23,441 bases of DNA. Source: a phage. Where the stretch lies: sequence record PZ049722.1. The stretch is one strand, 5' to 3'. Below, piece after piece: positions 17,122-23,441 of the stretch (position 1 is the stretch's first letter; every line of letters starts with the position of its first letter). The notes beneath the pieces were generated by a model. The model was not told where the DNA came from and searched no databases. It worked only from the letters and a program-made list of their open reading frames with translations. The translations under genes and the position numbers were made by a program.

Positions 17122-17235
17122 CCCCGTCCAAATTACTCCGCGCGCGCGCGAGGCGAAGCTGTGATCTCTGCCGTTTAAGACCGGCACTTATTAGCACAGC
17201 AACGGCCAGGGATTGGCCAACCTCGGAGCGCAATC

Positions 17236-17535
17236 ATGTCTCAAGCCTGCAAGCCCAAGCGCCGCCTACTGCCGCGCATGACCGTTTTCGCTGTTATCTC
17301 CCTGATGCTGCTGACCGCCATCTGGTTCGTGCGGCCCGAGCAACTGCAAGTGGTGCTGTACAAGGCCAGCCTGGTGACGCTCGGCGCCGTGCTGGGTTAC
17401 TACATCGACCGTGCGGTGTTCCTGACCGAAGCCCGGCCGCATGAGTGCATTGGCGGCATCCACATCGTTGGCGCCTGGCTGCGGCGCGCCCTGATCGTGC
17501 TGGCCTGCATCCTCGGCCTGACGCTGGGGCTCTAG
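17236..17535 (+). CDS. Small membrane protein with about 3 TM segments, putative holin
   Basis: Hydrophobic segments VFAVISLMLLTAIWFV, ASLVTLGAVLGYYI and ALIVLACILGLTLGL; sits directly upstream of the endolysin. Confidence 0.5.
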   Translation: MSQACKPKRRLLPRMTVFAVISLMLLTAIWFVRPEQLQVVLYKASLVTLGAVLGYYIDRAVFLTEARPHECIGGIHIVGAWLRRALIVLACILGLTLGL

Positions 17536-17536
17536 T

Positions 17537-18443
17537 CGTGAACCGCCTCAAGCGTTGGCTGGCCGAGGCCGGCAATGACCTGGCGATCATCTGGATGGTC
17601 GAACCGCGCCTGTTCCTGTGGCCGCTTATCCTGCTGGTGTTCGCAGTCGGCTTCTTCATCGTGCCCAAGGCAGATGCTGCAAGCATCCCGACCGCTGCCG
17701 AGCAGCACCGCCGCACCCTGGTACGCGCTGCCCATGCTGAGTGGGGGCTTGGCGCGCCTGTGGCGACGTTCGCGGCGCAGGTGCATCAAGAGAGCGCCTG
17801 GCGGGTGAATGCCCGGTCGCCTGTGGGCGCCGAGGGCTTGGCGCAGTTCATGCCGGCTACGGCGGACTGGATGGCCGAGATCTACCCGCGCAGCCTGGGC
17901 CCGGCGCAGCCGTACAACCCAGGCTGGGCATTGCGGGCCATGGTCGCCTTCGACCGCTGGCTCTACGAACGAAACCAGGCCATCAGCGAGTGCGATCGCT
18001 GGGCGTTCGTGCTGTCCGGCTACAACGGCGGCAATGGCTGGGTGAATCGTGACCGCAGGCTGGCATCGGCTAAGGGTGCCGACCCGCTGGCCTGGTTCGA
18101 TTCCGTCGAGCGGCACAACGCTGGCCGCTCGGCCGCCAACTTCCGCGAGAACCGCCATTACCCGCGCGCCATCCTGCTGCGCTGGGAGCCCATGTATGCG
18201 GCTGCCGGCTGGGGCCCTGGCGTGTGCGCCGAGAGGTATAGCCGCCATGAAGATTCCGACGCTGTTTCTGCTCGTCACGTTGACCACCAGTTCGCCTGCC
18301 GCTTGCTCCCGGAACTGGCTGGCTGCCGCCGAGCTGTTCGCATCGCCACCGCCCCGCGTTCGTCCGGCCCAGCTCTGGCCGCCGGAACGCGCGGACAAAC
18401 GACCACCCCTGCCGCGTTGGTTGCGGCGCCGGCTAAAGCGTAG
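17537..18443 (+). CDS. Endolysin, lytic transglycosylase (SLT domain) with N-terminal membrane anchor (possible SAR type); true 3' end uncertain
   Basis: QVHQESAWRVNARSPVGAEGLAQFMPATADWMAEIY carries the SLT catalytic motif; GTG start 2 nt after the upstream stop; N-terminal hydrophobic stretch LFLWPLILLVFAVGFFIV. Confidence 0.7.
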
Positions 18444-18450
18444 AGGTTGA
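18247..18450 (+). CDS. Possible small secreted or lipoprotein-like ORF (67 aa) overlapping the endolysin 3' region
   Basis: ATG with GAGG RBS, N-terminus MKIPTLFLLVTLTTSSPAAC; better GC3 than the endolysin frame across the same bases. Confidence 0.3.
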   Translation: MKIPTLFLLVTLTTSSPAACSRNWLAAAELFASPPPRVRPAQLWPPERADKRPPLPRWLRRRLKRRG

Positions 18451-18452
18451 AC

Positions 18453-18641
18453 ATGCACCGAGATCTGTTTGTGACCATGGCCCGGCTGGGCTTGATCTTC
18501 GCGCCGCGCATGAAATTCAGCGCACCCCTGCCGCATTTCACGCCGATACCTGGCGAGCGTGTCGGCAAGTCTGGCGTCGCCCGGATCAAGCGCCTGGCTG
18601 CGCGTAAACGTCGGCGACTGGCCGCACGTAGGGGGCGGTGA
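18453..18641 (+). CDS. Small basic hypothetical protein (62 aa)
   Basis: ORF between the endolysin and the spanin, Arg/Lys-rich C-terminus. Confidence 0.3.
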   Translation: MHRDLFVTMARLGLIFAPRMKFSAPLPHFTPIPGERVGKSGVARIKRLAARKRRRLAARRGR

Positions 18642-19264
18642 TGAAGAACGTCCTCGGCTGGCTCGCTGACCACTGGTACGTGCTGATCTTCGTAGTGCTG
18701 GCGTACCTGATGTGGGCCTACGGCGAGAGCCAGTACGACCGGGGCCACAGCGCCGCCCAGGCCATTGGTAATAAGGCGCTGGCCGATCTGCGCGAGGAGC
18801 ACCAGAAGCTGCGCGCCGATGCCGCCGAACAGAACCTGGTGCTCTACCGCCAGCAGGTGGAGCGCGCCAACCAGGCCGAGCTGGTGTTCCTGGATGCCCA
18901 GGACGAGATCGGCCGGCTCAAGCAGCAACTCACACAGGAGCGCATCAACCGTGTCTCGAATCAATACACGCCAGTTCGTGGCGGCGCGGCTGTTGCCGCT
19001 CCTCGCATCGTTATTACTTGTGGCTGGCTGCGCGACTTCAACGCAGCGCTTGGAGCCACCGCCCCAGCTCCACCCGGCTGCCGAGCCTACGCCGGCTCTC
19101 AAGAAGCGGCCTGGCCCGCCCCCGGCTCTGACGCCGAACTACTGGAAAGCGGCGTTACCGCAGCAGACATCCTGGCCCATGCGCGTGACTACGGCGCTTG
19201 GGCGCTCGCCAACCTTGCGCAGCTGAACGCTTTGATCGACCTACACAACAAGGACAAGCCCTGA
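18638..19264 (+). CDS. Inner-membrane spanin (Rz-like, 208 aa)
   Basis: N-terminal TM (YVLIFVVLAYLMWAY), coiled-coil periplasmic domain, position after the endolysin, second lipoprotein ORF embedded in the +1 frame. Confidence 0.65.
   Translation: MMKNVLGWLADHWYVLIFVVLAYLMWAYGESQYDRGHSAAQAIGNKALADLREEHQKLRADAAEQNLVLYRQQVERANQAELVFLDAQDEIGRLKQQLTQERINRVSNQYTPVRGGAAVAAPRIVITCGWLRDFNAALGATAPAPPGCRAYAGSQEAAWPAPGSDAELLESGVTAADILAHARDYGAWALANLAQLNALIDLHNKDKP
18951..19226 (+). CDS. Outer-membrane spanin (Rz1-like lipoprotein) embedded in the spanin gene
   Basis: Frame contains RLLPLLASLLLVAGCAT (signal peptide plus lipobox) and a proline-rich mature part; probable GTG start near 18951 with AGGAG 12 nt upstream. 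Confidence 0.5.
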   Translation: MSRINTRQFVAARLLPLLASLLLVAGCATSTQRLEPPPQLHPAAEPTPALKKRPGPPPALTPNYWKAALPQQTSWPMRVTTALGRSPTLRS

Positions 19265-19599
19265 TGGACTTCGACTACCTGCTGCGCCTCGGCCAGTTCC
19301 TGTTCACCGTCCTGGTGGGCCTGTTTTCGCTAATGGCAGCGCGCCGGGCCTCATCGAAGGTCGAGGCCGAAGCCCTGGCCCAGCGCCTAACCGGGCAGGA
19401 CAACCGCCTGCTGGTCCTGGAGCAGCAGATGAAACATCTGCCCAGGAGCGAGCAACTCACCGAGCTGGCCGAGAAGCTGGCCGAACTGGGTGGCGACATG
19501 AAGGGCATCAAGTCCGACGTGGCAGGCATCAACCGTTCCCTCGACCCGCTTAATCGCTCGGTCGATCGCCTTAACGATTACCTCCTACACAGCAAGTGA
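19264..19599 (+). CDS. Mu-like late protein with N-terminal TM and coiled coil (possibly DUF2730-like, 111 aa)
   Basis: Start MDFDYLLRLGQFLFTVLVGLFSLMAARR overlaps the upstream stop; family call is tentative. Confidence 0.5.
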   Translation: MDFDYLLRLGQFLFTVLVGLFSLMAARRASSKVEAEALAQRLTGQDNRLLVLEQQMKHLPRSEQLTELAEKLAELGGDMKGIKSDVAGINRSLDPLNRSVDRLNDYLLHSK

Positions 19600-19606
19600 G
19601 GCTGCG

Positions 19607-19906
19607 ATGAACAACCAAAATTTCGCCGATTACCTGCGCCAGGACCAGCGCTTGGTGATGCTGCGCATCCTCTCTGAGCTGCCGCAGTACCGCTCCAACT
19701 CCTCGGTGATCGCCAACCTGCTGGGCCAGTTCGGGCACCACCCGAGCCGCGACCAGGTGAAGGGCGACCTGACCTGGCTCGGCGAACAAGGCCTGGTGTC
19801 GATCGACGACATCAGCTCCGTCCTGGTCGTGACCCTGACCGAGCGTGGTGGCGACGTGGCTGCCGGTCGCGCCTCGGTACCGGGCGTTAGCCGGCCGAGG
19901 CCCTGA
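19607..19906 (+). CDS. Hypothetical phage protein (99 aa) upstream of the small terminase
   Basis: ORF in late-operon context. Confidence 0.45.
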   Translation: MNNQNFADYLRQDQRLVMLRILSELPQYRSNSSVIANLLGQFGHHPSRDQVKGDLTWLGEQGLVSIDDISSVLVVTLTERGGDVAAGRASVPGVSRPRP

Positions 19907-19908
19907 CT

Positions 19909-20457
19909 ATGGGGCGCAAGTCGAGCATCGACCGGCTAGAGCCGGCAGTCCGCACGCACATCGAGAAGCGCCTGCGCGAGCGGCGCCTCACCCTGGACGA
20001 GCTGATCGAGGATCTGCACGAGCACTTCCCCAGCGCGGACAAGCCCAGCCGTTCGGCGATTGGCCGCTACAAGGTCAGCTTCGACGAGATGGCCAAGCGG
20101 CTGCGCGAGCAGCAGGCCATGGCCAGCCTGCTGGTCGAAGAGCTGGGCGAGAACCCCAACGACAAGGCTGGCGCGCTGATGGTGCAGTCGATCCAGACCC
20201 TGACCACTCATGCTGCCCTGGGCGCCCAGATCGACGACGAGACCACCATTGATGACGTGCGCAAGCTCGCCCGCGCCGCCAAGGACGTGCTGCAGGCCAG
20301 CAAGGCCAGCCGCGAGGAGCGCAAGGCGATCGAGCGTGAAGCCCGCGAGGCGCTGCTGGCTGAGCAGCAAGAACGCCTGGAGGCGATGCGCGGCAGCGAC
20401 GGTATGAGCGAGCAGCTTGAAAACCGCATCCTGGGCATTCTGCTGGGGAAAGCCTGA
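19909..20457 (+). CDS. Mu gp27-like terminase small subunit (DUF3486-like, 182 aa)
   Basis: N-terminus MGRKSSIDRLEPAVRTHIEKRLRERRLTLDELIEDLHEHF matches the Mu gp27 family start; immediately upstream of and overlapping the large terminase. Confidence 0.7.
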   Translation: MGRKSSIDRLEPAVRTHIEKRLRERRLTLDELIEDLHEHFPSADKPSRSAIGRYKVSFDEMAKRLREQQAMASLLVEELGENPNDKAGALMVQSIQTLTTHAALGAQIDDETTIDDVRKLARAAKDVLQASKASREERKAIEREAREALLAEQQERLEAMRGSDGMSEQLENRILGILLGKA

Positions 20458-22130
20458 TGGCCATGCAAACCACCACCGCCAACCTGGGCAAGAAACTCAC
20501 CGCCACCAGCGCGCCGCGCAAGATCAATCTCGCCGAGGAGATGGAGCTGCTCGGCGTCGACGTGCCGCAAGAGATCGCCCAGGCCCAACCTACCAACCAG
20601 GCGGTGTTCCTCCCGTACCAGCAGCGCTGGTTTGAGGATCAGTCCCAAATCATGATCGCGGAGAAGTCGCGCCGTACCGGCCTCACCTGGGCCGAGGCCG
20701 GGCGCAACGTGATTAACGCCGCCAAACCGCGCTCGCGCGGCGGCTGCAACACTTTCTACGTGGGCAGCAAACAGGAAATGGCGCTGGAGTACATCGCCGC
20801 CTGCGCGCTGTTCGCCAAGGCCTTCAACGAGCTGGCCGAGGCCGACGTTTACGAGCAGACGTTCTGGGACGAAGGCAAGAAGGAAGAGATCCTCACCTAC
20901 ATGATCCGCTTCCCCAACTCGGGGCGGAAGATCCAGGCGCTCAGCTCGCGCCCGAGCAACCTGCGCGGCCTGCAGGGCGATGTGGTGATCGACGAGGCGG
21001 CGTTCCATGAGTCGCTGGAAGAGCTGCTCAAGGCCGCCCTGGCCCTGACCATGTGGGGCAACAAGGTCCGGCTGATCAGCACCCACAACGGCGTGGACAA
21101 CCCGTTCAACACCTACATCCAGGACGCCCGCGAGGGCCGCAAGGATTATTCGATCCACCGCATCACCCTGGACGATGCCCTGGCCCAAGGGCTGTACAAG
21201 CGCATCTGCTACGTCACCAACCAGGAATGGTCGCCAGAAGCCGAGAAGCAATGGCGCGACAAGCTCTACAAGAACGCTCCGAACGTCGAGTCAGCCGAGG
21301 AAGAGTACGGCTGCGTACCGAAGAAATCAGGCGGCACCTACCTGAGCCGGGTGCTCATCGAACAGGCCATGGTCGATGATCACTCCATCCGCATCTACCG
21401 CTACGAGGCCCCCGAGGGCTTCGAACAGTGGACGCCTGAGATGCGCGAGGCTGAGATCCGCGCCTGGTGCGAGGAGAACCTGGCACCCGAGCTGGCTCGG
21501 CTTAACTCGCGCAACCGCCATACCTTCGGCGAAGACTTCGCCCGCCGTGGCGACCTCACAGTGTTCACCCCGCTGCAGATCGACCCGCTGCTGCGCAAGC
21601 GCGTGCCCTTCGAGGTCGAGCTGCGCAACCTCACCTATGAAGCCCAGCGCCAGGTGATGTTCTTCATCTGCGATCGCCTGCCGCGCCTGAGTGGCCTGGC
21701 GTTCGATGCCACCGGCAACGGCGGGTACTTGGCCGAGCAGGCGGCGCTGCGCTACGGCGCCGGCCTGGTCGACCAGGTGCAACTCAGCCTGGCCTGGTAT
21801 GCGCTGTGGATGCCCAAGCTCAAAGGTGAACTGGAGGCCTTCAACCTGCAGATCGCCCGCCACCAGACCCGCCTCGACGATCTGTTGTCGATCAAGGTGG
21901 ACAAGGGTGTGCCGGTTATCGAGAAGGGCCGCACCAAGGATCTGCAGGCGCAGGACAGCAAGGCCAAGCGCCACGGCGACAGCGCCGTATCGCTGGCCAT
22001 GGCGGTGCGGGCCAGCTTTATGGAAGGCGGTGCCATCGAGTTCACCGCACTGCCACGCCACAGTCGTGGCTTCGACAACGTCGACGACAACGACTCCGAC
22101 CTCACTCTCCCGGAACCTTCAGCATGGTGA
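20457..22130 (+). CDS. Terminase large subunit (Mu gp28-like, 557 aa)
   Basis: Size, position between gp27-like and portal, Walker B-like VVIDEAAFHE. Confidence 0.75.
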   Translation: MAMQTTTANLGKKLTATSAPRKINLAEEMELLGVDVPQEIAQAQPTNQAVFLPYQQRWFEDQSQIMIAEKSRRTGLTWAEAGRNVINAAKPRSRGGCNTFYVGSKQEMALEYIAACALFAKAFNELAEADVYEQTFWDEGKKEEILTYMIRFPNSGRKIQALSSRPSNLRGLQGDVVIDEAAFHESLEELLKAALALTMWGNKVRLISTHNGVDNPFNTYIQDAREGRKDYSIHRITLDDALAQGLYKRICYVTNQEWSPEAEKQWRDKLYKNAPNVESAEEEYGCVPKKSGGTYLSRVLIEQAMVDDHSIRIYRYEAPEGFEQWTPEMREAEIRAWCEENLAPELARLNSRNRHTFGEDFARRGDLTVFTPLQIDPLLRKRVPFEVELRNLTYEAQRQVMFFICDRLPRLSGLAFDATGNGGYLAEQAALRYGAGLVDQVQLSLAWYALWMPKLKGELEAFNLQIARHQTRLDDLLSIKVDKGVPVIEKGRTKDLQAQDSKAKRHGDSAVSLAMAVRASFMEGGAIEFTALPRHSRGFDNVDDNDSDLTLPEPSAW

Positions 22131-23260
22131 CCACATCCCGCATCCTGGGCCCAGATGGCCAGCCGATCCGCCTGGCCGAGATCCGCGAGCCGCAGACTGC
22201 CCACATCACCAGCCTGCACCACGAAGTGGGTAACCACCCTTCGCGCGGGCTGACGCCGAGCAAGCTGGCTCAGATCCTCGATCAGGCCGAGCAAGGCGAC
22301 GTGATCGCCCAGTACGAGCTGTTCGATGACATCGAAGAGAAGGACGGCCACGTGTTCGCCGAGATGGACAAGCGCCGCCGTGCCGTCGCCCAGCTCGAAT
22401 GGCAGATCGTGCCGCCGGACAACCCCACGGCCAAGGAGAAGGAAGCCGCCGCTGCCCTGCAGTCGCTGTTGGCCGGGCTGGATGACTTCGAGCTGATGCT
22501 GTTCGACGTGACCGACGCCATCGGCAAAGGCTTTGCCTGCCTGGAGTTCGACGGCTGGCACCGCGTAGACGGTGACTGGCTGCCGCGCGCGATCGATCAC
22601 CGGCCGCAGACCTGGTTCCAGCTCACCCGCGGCGAGCGTCGCCAGGAGATCCGCCTACGCGGCTCGATGGGCGGTGAGCCCCTGCAGCCATTCGGCTGGA
22701 TCACCCACGTGCATAAGTCCAAGAGCGGCTACCTGGAGCGCAGCGCACTGTTCCGCGTGCTGGTGTGGCCGTACCTGTTCAAGAACTACAGCGTGGGTGA
22801 CCTGGCCGAGTTCCTGGAGATCTACGGCATCCCGATGCGCGTGGGCAAGTACCCAGGCGGCGCCACCGAGAAGGAGAAACTGACCCTGCTGCGTGCCCTG
22901 GCCCAGCTCGGCCACAGCGCCGCTGGCATCATTCCGATCGGCATGGAGATGGACTTCCTCAACGCCGCCGAAGGTGACCCGGCTGCGTTCAAGCTGATGA
23001 TCGACTGGTGCGAACGCACCCAGAGCAAGGCCATCCTGGGCGGCACGCTCACCAGCGGTACCGGCGATGGCACCAACACCAACGCCCTGGGCAACGTGCA
23101 CAACGAGGTACGCCTCGACCTGCGTGACTCCGACGCCAAGCAGCTGGCCGCCACCATCAGCCGTGACCTGGTGTACCCCATCGCGGTGCTCAACGGCCTG
23201 GCCGACAGCTGGAAGCGCTGCCCGCGCCTGGTGTTCCGACCCAGGAACCGGAGGATCTGA
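22124..23260 (+). CDS. Portal protein (Mu gp29-like, DUF935-like); reading frame breaks near 23236 and coding continues in another frame to the window end
   Basis: ILDQAEQGDVIAQYELFDDIEEKDGHVFAEMDKRRRAV is typical of the Mu gp29 family; the frame open from 23167 to 23441 encodes PTQEPEDLKAYADSLPQLVKLGFKIPRQW... Confidence 0.7.
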   Translation: MVTTSRILGPDGQPIRLAEIREPQTAHITSLHHEVGNHPSRGLTPSKLAQILDQAEQGDVIAQYELFDDIEEKDGHVFAEMDKRRRAVAQLEWQIVPPDNPTAKEKEAAAALQSLLAGLDDFELMLFDVTDAIGKGFACLEFDGWHRVDGDWLPRAIDHRPQTWFQLTRGERRQEIRLRGSMGGEPLQPFGWITHVHKSKSGYLERSALFRVLVWPYLFKNYSVGDLAEFLEIYGIPMRVGKYPGGATEKEKLTLLRALAQLGHSAAGIIPIGMEMDFLNAAEGDPAAFKLMIDWCERTQSKAILGGTLTSGTGDGTNTNALGNVHNEVRLDLRDSDAKQLAATISRDLVYPIAVLNGLADSWKRCPRLVFRPRNRRI

Positions 23261-23441
23261 AGGCCTACGCCGACTCGCTGCCGCAGTTGGTCAAGCTGGG
23301 TTTCAAGATCCCGCGCCAGTGGGCTCAGGAGCGGGTGGCAATCCCCGAGCCGGCCGAGGGCGAGGACGTGTTGCAGATCCAGGCAGAACCCTCGACACCG
23401 CCCGAACCCGAGCCACGCCCGCCGCGTGCCGCCGCCACTGC

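Larger units (their letters stand above)
5261..23441. mobile_element. Mu-like (B3-like) transposable prophage, partial: GemA-side end replaced by the fold-back junction, right side runs past the window end
   Basis: DDE transposase A plus AAA+ B ATPase, ner-like and XRE repressor pair, GemA-like fragment, SLT endolysin with spanins, DUF3486-like small terminase, large terminase, DUF935-like portal. Confidence 0.8.

Noticed and set aside
17532-18536. 334-aa minus-strand ORF
   Set aside because: Antisense to the endolysin gene; Arg/Gly/Ala-rich spurious translation.
20208-21251. 347-aa minus-strand ORF
   Set aside because: Antisense to the large terminase gene; no coding-like features.
1-23441. 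tRNA, rRNA or integrase-type attachment sites
   Set aside because: No tRNA-like or rRNA-like stretches recognised by eye. The element is a transposable phage, so no tyrosine integrase or att core is expected; a tRNA scan was not possible without tools.

Overview
High-GC (Pseudomonas-like) window dominated by a transposable Mu-like prophage with B3-like layout: the early operon runs leftward on the minus strand and the lysis/head genes run rightward on the plus strand, split by an immunity region at about 14.3-15.1 kb. The early operon (ner-like, accessory genes, DDE transposase A, AAA+ ATPase B, semi-essential genes, GemA-like) is cut inside the GemA-like gene at about 5260. Everything left of that is an inverted copy of 5427 to about 10650, around a unique 166-bp loop. 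The copy matches exactly near the junction and decays with indels and frameshifts toward the window start, so the left A and B copies are pseudogenes. This is either a real fold-back inverted duplication or a chimeric assembly artefact; sequence alone cannot tell. The best candidate for an undescribed system is an apparently AT-richer cargo block between the repressor and the lysis cassette: a lipoprotein gene directly behind the repressor, then a three-gene operon (112 aa, 197 aa, 67-aa HTH) with its own promoter, palindromic operator and terminator. Other points: a minus-strand early gene with no stop where coding switches strand (13968), a frameshift in the portal gene, and an endolysin with a doubtful C-terminal extension. 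Family assignments are from motif recall, not searches. Single-base positions may be off by 1-2 nt; CDS coordinates follow the ORF track and include the stop codon.
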